Virus record (IMG/VR): IMGVR_UViG_3300029288_000107
Coordinates: 1-64,000 of that record
Direction: 5' to 3' (one strand)
DNA: 64,000 nt
From: a virus
Taxonomy: Duplodnaviria > Caudoviricetes
A program made the position numbers and the translations under genes. Below are positions 18,889-28,483 of this stretch, one piece after another (positions within the stretch are counted from its first letter, which is position 1; every line of letters begins with the position of its first letter). The notes beneath the pieces were generated by a model. The model was not told the DNA's origin. It made no database searches and saw only the letters and a list, made by a program, of their open reading frames with translations.

Positions 18889-19410
18889 ATGGCCAAGAAG
18901 TCGAAGTTGCTGAAGGATCTGGAGGCGTTCAACCCGTGCCAGACGTGCGAGACGGCGCGGGAGCGGGACGCGCTGCGCACGCGTGTGCGCGAGCTGGAGG
19001 AGCAGCTGGAGGGCGAGCGGCGCATCCACGAGCAGACGGCGGTGCAGGCGGCGGACGAGTCGTGTCGGCAGCGGGCCGAGCGGATCCGGGCCCGCACGCA
19101 GCACTACCTGGGCAAGTGGACGGAGGTCGACGCCAACCAGACCTACCGCATCATGCGGCGCATGGCGGTGTACGAGACGGCGGTCAAGAACATCATGGGG
19201 CACGTGACGCAGCGCGCCCTGCTGATCTGCCCGCACTGCGGCAAGGTGTGGCAGGTGGAGCGCAGCGCGCTGACGCCGGGCAGCGGGTGGCGGCTGTGCG
19301 AGTCGTGCCAGGAGGCTGTGCCGGACCCGTGGGCGGCGGGGGACTGGCTGGCGGAGGGGCGCAACGGGGTCGCGCTGGCGACGAAGGATTCGGCGAAGCG
19401 GGGTAAGTAG
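18889..19410 (+). CDS. coiled-coil / zinc-finger hypothetical protein
   Basis: CQTC, CPHCG, CESC. Confidence 0.6.
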   Translation: MAKKSKLLKDLEAFNPCQTCETARERDALRTRVRELEEQLEGERRIHEQTAVQAADESCRQRAERIRARTQHYLGKWTEVDANQTYRIMRRMAVYETAVKNIMGHVTQRALLICPHCGKVWQVERSALTPGSGWRLCESCQEAVPDPWAAGDWLAEGRNGVALATKDSAKRGK

Positions 19411-19478
19411 CGCACGAAATTCTATCGCGGACGGGATGAAAGCGGAAAAATCCCGAGGTGCGAGCAGAAACGAGGATC

Positions 19479-19520
19479 TTGACACGGCCAGTTGACGCGT
19501 TGTGTTTGAAGTAAGTTCGG
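19479..19520 (+). promoter_or_regulatory. possible degenerate member of the promoter family
   Basis: TTGACACGGC at 19479, but no convincing -10 at 16-17 bp. Confidence 0.4.
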
Positions 19521-19542
19521 AACGGACACGGGAGGTGCATTG

Positions 19543-20067
19543 ATGAGGTGGTTGATGGTGCTGGTGCTGGCGGGGTGCGGGGAGGCGGTGTCCACTGGGC
19601 CGAAGTGGAACTGGAACTGCGACGGGGACGAGGCCAGCGTGAACGAGGCGGTGCAGGAGTGCCTGCGGTCCATGGCGCTGGCGACGGGGGACGCGCAGGA
19701 CAGCAGCGCAGGCATCTTCCTCGACAAGTGCGACTGGTACGCGCGCAACCTGTTCTGCGAGCGCGAGGTCGTTTCGGAGACCGTGACGGATCCTGTCGTG
19801 GCGCCCGAGTCGCCCGACGAGGCGCTGGCGGCGGAGCTGGCCGCGTGCGAGGCGCGAGAGGAGGCGTTGGAGGAGCTGCGGATGGACCTGGGGCGCTGCC
19901 CCGGGTGGAAGACGTTCCGCGATGACTGCCGGGCGTGGGAGACGAACATCGAGATCATCTGCGCGCCGGGGCCGAACCGGGAGTTGTGCGGGCGTGAGGA
20001 GCAGGCGGACTACCAGACCCTCACGCAGTACGGCAGCCTGGACGAGGCGTGGGAGGCGACGCGATGA
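19543..20067 (+). CDS. Cys-rich lipoprotein
   Basis: MRWLMVLVLAGC lipobox. Confidence 0.7.
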   Translation: MRWLMVLVLAGCGEAVSTGPKWNWNCDGDEASVNEAVQECLRSMALATGDAQDSSAGIFLDKCDWYARNLFCEREVVSETVTDPVVAPESPDEALAAELAACEAREEALEELRMDLGRCPGWKTFRDDCRAWETNIEIICAPGPNRELCGREEQADYQTLTQYGSLDEAWEATR

Positions 20068-20327
20068 GAGACATCCGTAAAGAAGCGTCGGTTGCTGCCG
20101 AGAAGCGCGCGAAAATGATGCAGAAAGAAGCTGGCGGGAGGATGGTTTCCTACAGCCTGTCAGACTTCTCGGACGGGTACGTCGCCGGGTACGAAGCTGC
20201 GAAGGCGGAAGCGGTTATGGTTCAATGTGCCAATTGTTTCGGCACTGGCCAAGTCAAAAACAAGAGCGGCGCGTCAGTGCATGTTGTGTGCCCGTTATGC
20301 ACAGGCACCGGACGGAGGCTCCCATGA
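20064..20327 (+). CDS. hypothetical protein with DnaJ-type CxxCxGxG motifs
   Basis: CANCFGTG, CPLCTGTG. Confidence 0.6.
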   Translation: MRDIRKEASVAAEKRAKMMQKEAGGRMVSYSLSDFSDGYVAGYEAAKAEAVMVQCANCFGTGQVKNKSGASVHVVCPLCTGTGRRLP

Positions 20328-20704
20328 GCGAGATCAACCCGCGCATCGTGGATGGAGAGCCGGTGTGCTCGGGGTCGGAGTGCCCGGAGTGTAAATTTTA
20401 CGGCGGGACCGGGATGGGAACGTATGTTTGCAAGGAAACAGGTGGCGTTGCACCCGTGAACAACTACTGCATCCCCGGCCTCCGTCGCCAGCGCGACGAG
20501 GCGATCGATGCCGCCGTGCGGCAGGCGTCCGACCTCGGACGGCAACTCGGCGAGGCGAAGGCACGGGGCGACACGCTGGAGCGGGAGCGCGACGAGGCCA
20601 GGCGGTCTGTGATCTGTTACATGCGTACTTCGTGTAGTCAGGACAACGTGAATCGGTTTGTTCAGGAGCGCGGCTGGTCGTACCTGTACGAGGCGGCGCG
20701 ATGA
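20324..20704 (+). CDS. hypothetical protein, paralog of 15512-15844
   Basis: MSEINPRIVDG.PV.SG / LRRQRDEA / W.YLY blocks shared. Confidence 0.7.
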   Translation: MSEINPRIVDGEPVCSGSECPECKFYGGTGMGTYVCKETGGVAPVNNYCIPGLRRQRDEAIDAAVRQASDLGRQLGEAKARGDTLERERDEARRSVICYMRTSCSQDNVNRFVQERGWSYLYEAAR

Positions 20705-21003
20705 GCAAGGTCTTTCACAAGGACGTGGGCGTGTTCGATCCCCACTGCCTGGACTGGGACGGGGATCGGTTCGTGGATGACGATGGCCGCGAGGTTCCGT
20801 CCGCGTTGGTGGAGCTACTCGGCGATGGGGGAGCGGGACACACGGAGCCGACCGCGCGGTTCGAGGTATGGAAGGACAAGGGCGCCGACGAGGAGGTGTG
20901 CGTGGTGTGCGGTAGCCACCAGTTCTACGTGGGCGGCCACGACTGGGAGACCTACACGAAGTGCGTGAGCTGCGGCACCGAGCGGTGCGTGCACAGCGGC
21001 TGA
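20701..21003 (+). CDS. zinc-ribbon hypothetical protein
   Basis: CVVCG...CVSCG. Confidence 0.6.
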   Translation: MSKVFHKDVGVFDPHCLDWDGDRFVDDDGREVPSALVELLGDGGAGHTEPTARFEVWKDKGADEEVCVVCGSHQFYVGGHDWETYTKCVSCGTERCVHSG

Positions 21004-21014
21004 CGGGGGCGACG

Positions 21015-21647
21015 ATGAGGCGCGGGAAGAAGGACATCACGGTGGGGGATCTGGTGACGGCGGCGGTGCGGCAGGGGCAGAAGCTGGACTTCCGGTTCGT
21101 GCCGTTGACGGCGGCGGATCGTCGGAAGGGCGACGCGGAGCGGTACCAGAAGACGTTCGGGCCGGTGCTGGAGGAGTTGGGGCTGCTGGACGAGGAGGGC
21201 ATGAGGATGACGAAGAGCAAGGCGACGAAGGACGAGCTGCGAAGCAAGCTGTGGGAGGCGCTCCAGGAGGCGGACAAGCTGCGGGAGCGGGTGTGGATGC
21301 TGGAGTCGGTTGAAGGCGCGGCGAAGCTGCTGGCGGATCGCTTCGTGGACCACATGAACGCGACGTGCGGGCACCCCGGCGTGGACAACGAGGATGCGAC
21401 GAAGACTCGGAAGAGCCTTTGCGACTTCCTGTACAGGCTGAGCGATGCGAACAGGATGGCCCTGGTCCTGCAAGACGGTAACGGTGGCACGCATGCGACG
21501 GTGGCTGGCGCGCACAGCTCGAACATCGAGGTCGAGTTGAGCTTCGAGGAGATGCTGGAGAGGGTGCAGCGGGAGTTCGCGGATACCATGGTGCGGGACG
21601 GGGGCGCGCTGAAGCTGGTGCGGCTGGCGCTGGAGAAGAAGGCATGA
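21015..21647 (+). CDS. hypothetical protein
   Basis: GC3-rich ORF; start uncertain. Confidence 0.55.
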   Translation: MRRGKKDITVGDLVTAAVRQGQKLDFRFVPLTAADRRKGDAERYQKTFGPVLEELGLLDEEGMRMTKSKATKDELRSKLWEALQEADKLRERVWMLESVEGAAKLLADRFVDHMNATCGHPGVDNEDATKTRKSLCDFLYRLSDANRMALVLQDGNGGTHATVAGAHSSNIEVELSFEEMLERVQREFADTMVRDGGALKLVRLALEKKA

Positions 21648-21925
21648 TGGCAGCGGCGGATCGGCCGAACGGCCTGGAGCTGTCGCTGCGGGGTGAGATC
21701 GCGCGGCTGGAGCGCCGTGTGCTGGAGGAGGCGCGTTCGCACGATGCGACGCGGCACCGTCTGAAGTGTAGGGAGCGGGAGCTGGAGCGGCTGCGCGACA
21801 ACTTCTACAGCAGGCGCGTGGAGGGGGCGACGGAGGAGGAGCGGGCGGTCTTCAACTGGATGATGGTCTACAACCTGAGCCTCGACGAGGCCCAGGGCCT
21901 GTGGAGGAAACAGCATGGCGGCTAG
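21644..21925 (+). CDS. hypothetical protein
   Basis: ATGA overlap. Confidence 0.55.
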   Translation: MMAAADRPNGLELSLRGEIARLERRVLEEARSHDATRHRLKCRERELERLRDNFYSRRVEGATEEERAVFNWMMVYNLSLDEAQGLWRKQHGG

Positions 21926-22223
21926 GGACGTGCCGGGCCAGTGCAACGCGCACTTCGAGGTCGGGGACGATCACGGCGACAACCTCTGCACCATGAGGTG
22001 TGGGCGGGTGGTTGGGCACGGCGGCGATCACATCGATCGGTGGACCTACACGGGTGCGGATGACCAGGCGCACGAGGCCGAGTTCCGGTGGGCGGTGGCT
22101 CAGAAGCCATGGGACGCGCCGAGCCCGTGCGAGGGCTGTCCGGAGGTGGAGAGTTGCGACGGGATCGGGGAGTGCACGTGTCCGGAGCGGTTGGATGTGC
22201 ACGCGCGTGCGCAGGAGGAGTGA
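21915..22223 (+). CDS. Cys-rich hypothetical protein
   Basis: GGAGG RBS. Confidence 0.6.
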   Translation: MAARDVPGQCNAHFEVGDDHGDNLCTMRCGRVVGHGGDHIDRWTYTGADDQAHEAEFRWAVAQKPWDAPSPCEGCPEVESCDGIGECTCPERLDVHARAQEE

Positions 22224-22224
22224 G

Positions 22225-22647
22225 ATGAGCGACGAGTTCAAGATCCTGCCGGGGCAGGTGACGCAGCTGACGACGAGAGACGAGCGTACGCCAGCTGAGC
22301 GTGAGGCGGATTCGCGGCGCCTGACGCGAAGGTTCCGGCCCGAAGAGATTGCTGCGCACAAGGGAAACTGTAAGACCACGGTGTCGAAGGGCGGCGGACC
22401 GGTGGAGACGTGCCTCGAAGTGCCACCCGACTTCTCGGACTGGATGACGCCGCGTGGGATCTGTCAGCAGTGCGGGGAGCGGACCGCGACGGTGGTGTGG
22501 GCGCCGGACGGCACGATGGGGGCCATCCACGGGGGCTACCAGTACTGGTGCAACCGGTGCGCGCTGCGGGAGCAGGTGGCGCACGCGCGGGAGTGCGCGA
22601 ACAAGCTGCCAGGGCTGGAGCGGCAGTTGAGGGAGGAGGAGCGATGA
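22225..22647 (+). CDS. hypothetical protein
   Basis: GGAGGAG RBS; CQQC...CNRC. Confidence 0.6.
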   Translation: MSDEFKILPGQVTQLTTRDERTPAEREADSRRLTRRFRPEEIAAHKGNCKTTVSKGGGPVETCLEVPPDFSDWMTPRGICQQCGERTATVVWAPDGTMGAIHGGYQYWCNRCALREQVAHARECANKLPGLERQLREEER

Positions 22648-22979
22648 CGAAGCGGACGAAGACGGAGAAGGCGTGGACGTGGAAGCAGATCGCGAAACTG
22701 CACGGGAAGGCCGCGAAGGAATTCATGAAGACGTACGGAGATCGCGGCGTGGTGGCACTGCTTGCCTCTGGGCACGCCCCGGGCACGTGGAAGGCGGAGT
22801 GCCCCTACGCAGGACGCGAGCCGTGCGTGGTTGGGCACAAGGACAAGGGCAAGTGCCCCATGGACGACGGCAGAGAGTGGAGGAAGGGGCGTAACGCCGA
22901 CCCGTGCTCGCAGGACGCCATGGAGGTCTACGCCCGCATGGTCAAGAAGCTCGGACGGCAGGCGAAGGAGGAGCGATGA
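22644..22979 (+). CDS. hypothetical protein sharing a C-terminal block with 31377-31727
   Basis: CSQDAMEVYARMVKKLG vs CSAKKAMAVYARMIKKLG. Confidence 0.65.
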   Translation: MTKRTKTEKAWTWKQIAKLHGKAAKEFMKTYGDRGVVALLASGHAPGTWKAECPYAGREPCVVGHKDKGKCPMDDGREWRKGRNADPCSQDAMEVYARMVKKLGRQAKEER

Positions 22980-23233
22980 ACGAGGTGGAGCGCGACAAGG
23001 CGAAGCAGGGATCGCCGTGCTACGAGTGCCCGTACTGCCGACGCAAGCGGTGGTGGCAGTTCATCACGGGGTCGCGGTGCGCGCACTCGTCGATGCTGCA
23101 CCCGGTGTCGGGGGAGGCGTACCAGTCGTGTGAGGATGTTCGTGGGGTCATCGGCGGGAAACTCTCGAACGGTAAACCCCTGACGTGCTTGGGCTACTTC
23201 CCCGACGAACACGCGGTGCGGTGGAGCAGGTAG
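22976..23233 (+). CDS. Cys-rich hypothetical protein
   Basis: ATGA overlap. Confidence 0.55.
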   Translation: MNEVERDKAKQGSPCYECPYCRRKRWWQFITGSRCAHSSMLHPVSGEAYQSCEDVRGVIGGKLSNGKPLTCLGYFPDEHAVRWSR

Positions 23234-23241
23234 GAGGAGAG

Positions 23242-23616
23242 ATGTCCATGATTGGATCCAAGGAGACAATCGGATTCGAGGAGTTCTTCGCACTCGTGCG
23301 ATCTGGGCAGGCGAGGTGCGGTCTGTGCGCCATGCACTACGAAACGGACGGATCGGTGTGCGATGAGGGAATTCTGACGGACTCGCCGCATCGGAAGCAC
23401 AATGGGTTCGGGCGTGTGGATGTTGCGGACGAGATGGTAGGCTACTGTCCGGGCGATCTGGGTCCGATCGAGGCGGAGGTGGCGCTGGCCGACGATCCCA
23501 ACCCGCAGGTGCAGGCGCTGCTGATGTTCATCCGGACCCTCCGTGCGCAGATCGAGCGGGACGCGGTGGCCCGGTGGGAGCAACAGAGACAAGAGGAGGA
23601 GCGATGTCCACGGTGA
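23242..23616 (+). CDS. hypothetical protein
   Basis: AGGAGG RBS. Confidence 0.6.
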   Translation: MSMIGSKETIGFEEFFALVRSGQARCGLCAMHYETDGSVCDEGILTDSPHRKHNGFGRVDVADEMVGYCPGDLGPIEAEVALADDPNPQVQALLMFIRTLRAQIERDAVARWEQQRQEEERCPR

Positions 23617-24149
23617 AGGACGGCAACTACGCGCAGCCGGAGGGGCCGGAGAACGCGACGCCGCCGAGCCAGCGGATCCCGACGGCGCAGCCGCAGGACG
23701 TGACGACGGCCAACACGAATGTGGGAGACTCGGAACTGGTCCAGCTGCGGATGCGCGTGAAAGAGCTGCAACGGTTCTGGGATGCGGAGCACCGACTGGC
23801 ATTGGAGTTGAGTGCGTCGACCGACCTGCACAGCCGCATGATGGAGCGCGCTCGGAAGCTGTGGCAGGAGGCGCACCCGGATAAGGCGGACTGGTGGATC
23901 GACGGGGCGAAGAACGTGGTCTGGATGGTGGAGGAGAACGCTAGGCTGCGCATGCGCGTGGCGGAGCTGGAGAGGTTGGAGTGGACGCTGGCGGGTACGC
24001 GGTTTGCACGGGCCGAGCTGGAGCAGGAGGTGGCGCGGCTCCAGTGTGAGATCGGCGTGTGCGACCAGCACGGGACGATCAACCAGGTGATCGATACGCA
24101 CTGCGAGGCATGCTACGAGGAGTACTGCGAAAGGAAGGGCTACAGATGA
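23604..24149 (+). CDS. coiled-coil hypothetical protein
   Basis: Internal duplicate LRMRVKELQR / LRMRVAELER. Confidence 0.6.
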   Translation: MSTVKDGNYAQPEGPENATPPSQRIPTAQPQDVTTANTNVGDSELVQLRMRVKELQRFWDAEHRLALELSASTDLHSRMMERARKLWQEAHPDKADWWIDGAKNVVWMVEENARLRMRVAELERLEWTLAGTRFARAELEQEVARLQCEIGVCDQHGTINQVIDTHCEACYEEYCERKGYR

Positions 24150-24316
24150 TCCTGATGCAGCCGGTGACGTTCAAGACGTGGGTGCCGTACCAAGGCGTGG
24201 CCTACTACGTGATCGAGTGCCCGTTCTGGCTGCCAGACACACTGTCGGCGCAGACGAACTGGTTCAACGAGGCGTGCAGGCAGCACGTGCAGGCGTGGTC
24301 GTACCCGACCGTGTGA
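24146..24316 (+). CDS. hypothetical protein
   Basis: ATGA overlap. Confidence 0.5.
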   Translation: MILMQPVTFKTWVPYQGVAYYVIECPFWLPDTLSAQTNWFNEACRQHVQAWSYPTV

Positions 24317-24328
24317 GGAGAACGGCTG

Positions 24329-24583
24329 ATGGTAGAGTTTACGTTCGTTGCCTCCGTGGGGTGGAAACGGTACCCGGACGGGACCGATGCCGACGTGCCG
24401 TTCCTCATGGAGAACCTGACCGACTACGATCCGAACGAGGACCACATCTGCGGCGGGTGCGGTGCGGCGGTGCCGGGAAGGTTCCTGTGCTGCTGTGCCG
24501 AGTGCTGGGATGTCCTCGAGCTGCTCGCGCAGGGGAAGAAGGACGAGTACGACAGGCGGTACGAGGAGAGGAGGTCCCGATGA
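24329..24583 (+). CDS. hypothetical protein
   Basis: GAGGAG RBS. Confidence 0.55.
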   Translation: MVEFTFVASVGWKRYPDGTDADVPFLMENLTDYDPNEDHICGGCGAAVPGRFLCCCAECWDVLELLAQGKKDEYDRRYEERRSR

Positions 24584-24969
24584 GCTTCATGGTGTTCGTG
24601 GAGGGCAAGCAGGCGCCGATGCGGGAGCACGAGACGTTGGAGGAGGCGCGCGTGGAGGCCGAGCGGCTGGCGACGGGCAACGAGGGGCGGCGGGTCCTCG
24701 TGCTGAGCGTGGTGGCCGTGCTGGAGCCGATCAGGGGGCATCGGTGGCGGGACGGGGCGCTGCCGGTGCCGGACCTGCCCAAGGTGGATCCGCCCGCGCC
24801 GTGGCCGACGCCAGGGAATCCATGGGTCCCGGTGGAGCCGAAGCCATGGGGGACGCCGAAGATGCCGGACGTGGTCTACTACGGGTGCCAGTCGGGCGGG
24901 ACGACCGACATCGGCACGACGGGTGACGCCTCCTGGTACGGAGAAGGTGGGCCGGAGGAGCAGAAGTGA
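24580..24969 (+). CDS. hypothetical protein with Pro-rich tail
   Basis: P...HETLEEA..EAERLA motif. Confidence 0.6.
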   Translation: MSFMVFVEGKQAPMREHETLEEARVEAERLATGNEGRRVLVLSVVAVLEPIRGHRWRDGALPVPDLPKVDPPAPWPTPGNPWVPVEPKPWGTPKMPDVVYYGCQSGGTTDIGTTGDASWYGEGGPEEQK

Positions 24970-25253
24970 GCGGGCCGTACTACGATCCACAGACGGGGCA
25001 CTACGCGATCGACCCGCCAGACGATACAAAGGGTGGGTACGTCGAGCGGATGGAGGCGGAGATGGATCGGCTGCGCACGCGCGTGCGCGAGCAGGACGCC
25101 ACGATCCTGCGAATAAAGCAGCGCACGGCGCCGCTGCTGACGCTGCTGCTGGCGGAGTTCGAGTACGACGGGCAGGAGAACGTGACGGAGTGCGCGGCGC
25201 GGATCCTGCTGGAGCAGCGGGCGGAGATCGCGCGGCTGCGCGAGGGGAGGTAG
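24966..25253 (+). CDS. hypothetical protein
   Basis: GTGA overlap. Confidence 0.55.
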   Translation: MSGPYYDPQTGHYAIDPPDDTKGGYVERMEAEMDRLRTRVREQDATILRIKQRTAPLLTLLLAEFEYDGQENVTECAARILLEQRAEIARLREGR

Positions 25254-25256
25254 GGG

Positions 25257-26063
25257 GTGGGCGCGAAGGGCAAGCGGGGCGATCCGAGCATCGGGAACAA
25301 GACGTTGGGGCCGAGCAAGACGGCCATCAAGGAGGCGGAGCCCACCGTGGAGCACGCGTCGAAGTGGATCGATCGGGACGCGCTGGCGCCCTACCTCCAG
25401 CGCATCATGGACCTGCCGTGCTGGCCCGACGCCGAGGTGCAGCTCATGGCGGGCATGCCGACGGCCGACGTGGCGCGCTACATCCAGAAGGATCGGGAGG
25501 AGGCGAAGTGGTTGACCGCGTGGAGCCTGCGCACCTACCTGGACGCGCTGCGCAACGCGGCGCCGCCCCTGTGGCGCATCGTGATGTTCGGGCCGCAGCG
25601 CGGCGAGCAGCTGGCCAAGCGGTTCGGCGCGCGCAACGCCATGCTGCACACGCTGTGGGAGCAGATCGGCGAGCTGGAGGTCAAGGTGCGGCGCGAGCTG
25701 GCCCGCGAGGAGTTGACCGGCGTGAATTCCGAGTCCGTGCTAGCCATGTGGGGCACCATGGTGAAGCTCATCGGGCAGGCGCACCAGATCCAGAAGGACC
25801 TGGGGCTCATTGTGCCCGAGATGCCGGAGGGGCAGGGCGGGTTCGACGTGGAGTTCGTGCAGAGCGTGCGGGCCCGGGCGGGCGACGCGGCGGCCAAGGC
25901 GCTGCTGGATCCGGCGGCGCAGGGGCGGGTGCTGGAGGCGCTGCGGCGCGCCATGCAGGCGGCCGGGCTGCCGGGCAGCGGGCTGGACACGGCGACGGAC
26001 TACCAGTACCGAGGGGTGTACGGCGAGGCGGAGGAGGCCGGGACCGACGGCGAGGAGGATTGA
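25257..26063 (+). CDS. hypothetical helical protein (possible DNA-binding or small-terminase-like; unproven)
   Basis: Long GC3-rich ORF. Confidence 0.6.
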   Translation: MGAKGKRGDPSIGNKTLGPSKTAIKEAEPTVEHASKWIDRDALAPYLQRIMDLPCWPDAEVQLMAGMPTADVARYIQKDREEAKWLTAWSLRTYLDALRNAAPPLWRIVMFGPQRGEQLAKRFGARNAMLHTLWEQIGELEVKVRRELAREELTGVNSESVLAMWGTMVKLIGQAHQIQKDLGLIVPEMPEGQGGFDVEFVQSVRARAGDAAAKALLDPAAQGRVLEALRRAMQAAGLPGSGLDTATDYQYRGVYGEAEEAGTDGEED

Positions 26064-26659
26064 TGGTGAAGCGAACGGAACAGGACTTGACGGCGGCCGC
26101 GGTGGAGCAGCTGGCGGATCGGCTCCGGATCCAGTACGGCACGCGCGTGCGCGCCAAGGAGGAGGCGCCCGCCATGCACGCGCTGGCGCACCTGCTGGAC
26201 GCGCTGGGCGTGCAGGACCACGACGCGTTCCTCACGCAGTACTCCATCACGCTGGGCTACGACGTGTGGCTGTGCTTCCGGCCCGGGACGGACCAGCTGG
26301 CACCGATCCAGCAGGTCAAGGCGCTGGGGCACGAGCACGAGCACGTGGTGATCATGCAGGCGGAGGGGGCGGCGGCCTACGGCATGCTGTACGCCACCAG
26401 CCCGGCGTGGCGGGCCGTCTGCGAGGCGCGCTGCTACACGGTGGACCTGGAGCTGCACTGGCTGTGGACGCGGGCGACGCGGGGGCGCGGCGTGGTGCAG
26501 CGCTACGACATGGCGGCGACGCTGGCCCCGTACGGCTGTCGGGCCGGGGACTGCGTGGCGGCGCAGCGGGTCATCGACAGCGCGGCGCGCGTGCTGCGGC
26601 GCGGTGGGGTCGGCACGGAGTTGGCGCAGCGGATCGGGCGCTGGCGCGGGTGGCTGTGA
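26063..26659 (+). CDS. HExxH zincin-like metallopeptidase
   Basis: LGHEHEHV with downstream EARCY. Confidence 0.6.
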   Translation: MVKRTEQDLTAAAVEQLADRLRIQYGTRVRAKEEAPAMHALAHLLDALGVQDHDAFLTQYSITLGYDVWLCFRPGTDQLAPIQQVKALGHEHEHVVIMQAEGAAAYGMLYATSPAWRAVCEARCYTVDLELHWLWTRATRGRGVVQRYDMAATLAPYGCRAGDCVAAQRVIDSAARVLRRGGVGTELAQRIGRWRGWL

Positions 26660-26672
26660 AAGGAGGGCGAGG

Positions 26673-26957
26673 ATGTGTAGCAGAAGTGATCTGGTGACGC
26701 GCGTGCTGGCGGTGTTGGGGATCGTGCTGGGCGTGGTCGGCGTGCTGCTGAGCCTCAACGGCTGCGCGGATCTGTGCGCCACGGTGGGCGCCACGCGCTG
26801 CGCCGGGGAGGCGCAGGAGGTCTGCGCGGGCGACGGGCGATGGGCCATGGTGCGGGACTGTGCCGACGTCGTGGACACGGTGGGGGGCGCGTGGACGTGC
26901 TGCGTCGGCGACGATGCGGGACCCGAGTGCTGGCCCGTGGAGGACTGCCCGCAGTAG
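26673..26957 (+). CDS. Cys-rich lipoprotein
   Basis: Hydrophobic signal ending LSLNGC; multiple Cys. Confidence 0.65.
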   Translation: MCSRSDLVTRVLAVLGIVLGVVGVLLSLNGCADLCATVGATRCAGEAQEVCAGDGRWAMVRDCADVVDTVGGAWTCCVGDDAGPECWPVEDCPQ

Positions 26958-26958
26958 G

Positions 26959-26998
26959 AAAAAAAAGATGTTGACACGGCGTGTGGATGTGTTATAAT
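26959..26998 (+). promoter_or_regulatory. phage sigma70-type promoter (family member 4; full consensus)
   Basis: A-tract, TTGACA 26971-26976, 16 bp spacer, TG-n-TATAAT 26993-26998. Confidence 0.9.
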
Positions 26999-27051
26999 AG
27001 GGGTAGTATGAGAAGAGGTGCGGCACGGGGCCGCGCGAGGAGGAGGTGCCC

Positions 27052-28479
27052 ATGGGATGGTTCGAGGTAGATAAGGGGGGCCTACGGCAGCTGCTGGAGG
27101 GGCGCGACAAGGCGTTCATTCTGCGGGAGCTGGTGCAGAACGCATGGGACGAGCCTGACGTGACGCGGTGCGACGTGACGCTGGAGATCGGGCCGGGGCG
27201 CGGCATGGCCCGGGTCATCGTGACGGACGATGCGCCCGAAGGGTTCGTGGACATCTCGCACGCGTACACGCTGTTCGCGCACACGCGCAAGCGGGCGAGC
27301 GCGGAGCGGCGCGGGCGCTTCAACATGGGGGAGAAGCAGGTGTTGGCGCTCTGCACGGAGGCCCGCATCGTCACGACCACGGGCACGGTCATCTTCAAGG
27401 GCAAGGATCGGTCGCGCGGGCGCGAGTGCACGAAGTCGGGGTCGGAATTCCGCGCGCTGATCCCCATGACGCGGACGGAGATCCGGGAGGCGGTGGCCGC
27501 TGCGCGGACCTTCATGCCGCCACGGAGCATCCGGTACACCGTCAACGGGGAGGAGATCCTTCCGAGAGAGCCGAACAAGCGGCTGGAAGCCACGCTGACC
27601 ACGGAGTACGAGGACGGCGAGGGGCGGTACCGGACCACGCGGCGCAAGACGACCATCGAGGTGCACGTGCCCCGCGAGGGTGAGCGCGCGATGATCTTCG
27701 AGATGGGGCTGCCCATCGTAGAGACGGGCGATCGCTACCACTACAACATCGGGCAGCGCGTGCCCATGAACATGGACCGCGACAACGTGAGCGCGGCCTT
27801 CCTGCGGGACGTGCGCGCCGAGGTGCTGAACGTCATGGTCCACCAGATCGGCGAGGGTGGAATCAGCGACGCCTGGGTGCGCGACGCGATGAGCGACGAG
27901 CGGATCGTCCCGGAAGCTGTCCGCAGGGTCGTCAGCACGCGGTGGGGCGACCGGGTAGCGGTGGGAGTGCCCGGCGACACGAAGAGTCGTGAGGAGGCCA
28001 TCTCGCGCGGCTACCGGGTGGTCACGGGTAGCGAGCTGAGCGAGGCCGAGTGGGACGCGGTGCGGGCGGCCGGGGCCATCGAGTCCACGACGCGGTTGTT
28101 CCCGGTGCTGACGGTGGGCGGGTGGCAGTTGAGCGAGGGCGAGATCACGGACGGCATGCGGCGGGTGGAGCGCATGACGAGGTTCATCGGGAAGACGGCG
28201 CTGAACGTCGCCGTGAAGGTGCGCTTCACCGAGGCGCCGGAGGCGACGACGTGCGCCGACTACTGCCGGGACGACCACGTGCTGCGGTTCAACGTGGGCG
28301 TGCTGGGTCAGGCGTGGTTCGATGGCAGCACGCGCGAGATCGTGAAGCTCATCGTGCACGAGCTGGGGCACGAGGGTGGTGGCCACCTGGAGCGCGGCTA
28401 CCACGAGTGCCTGTGCGACATCGCGGCGGCGCTGGCATGTCTTCCCCGTTTAGATGTCGTGTTGTGGCAGGCGGAGTAG
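27052..28479 (+). CDS. GHKL-family ATPase fused to a C-terminal HExxH domain
   Basis: N-box LRELVQNAWDE, G1 TDDAPEGF, G2 RGRFNMGEK, GSEF; C-terminal IVHELGH. Confidence 0.8.
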   Translation: MGWFEVDKGGLRQLLEGRDKAFILRELVQNAWDEPDVTRCDVTLEIGPGRGMARVIVTDDAPEGFVDISHAYTLFAHTRKRASAERRGRFNMGEKQVLALCTEARIVTTTGTVIFKGKDRSRGRECTKSGSEFRALIPMTRTEIREAVAAARTFMPPRSIRYTVNGEEILPREPNKRLEATLTTEYEDGEGRYRTTRRKTTIEVHVPREGERAMIFEMGLPIVETGDRYHYNIGQRVPMNMDRDNVSAAFLRDVRAEVLNVMVHQIGEGGISDAWVRDAMSDERIVPEAVRRVVSTRWGDRVAVGVPGDTKSREEAISRGYRVVTGSELSEAEWDAVRAAGAIESTTRLFPVLTVGGWQLSEGEITDGMRRVERMTRFIGKTALNVAVKVRFTEAPEATTCADYCRDDHVLRFNVGVLGQAWFDGSTREIVKLIVHELGHEGGGHLERGYHECLCDIAAALACLPRLDVVLWQAE

Positions 28480-28483
28480 ATGC

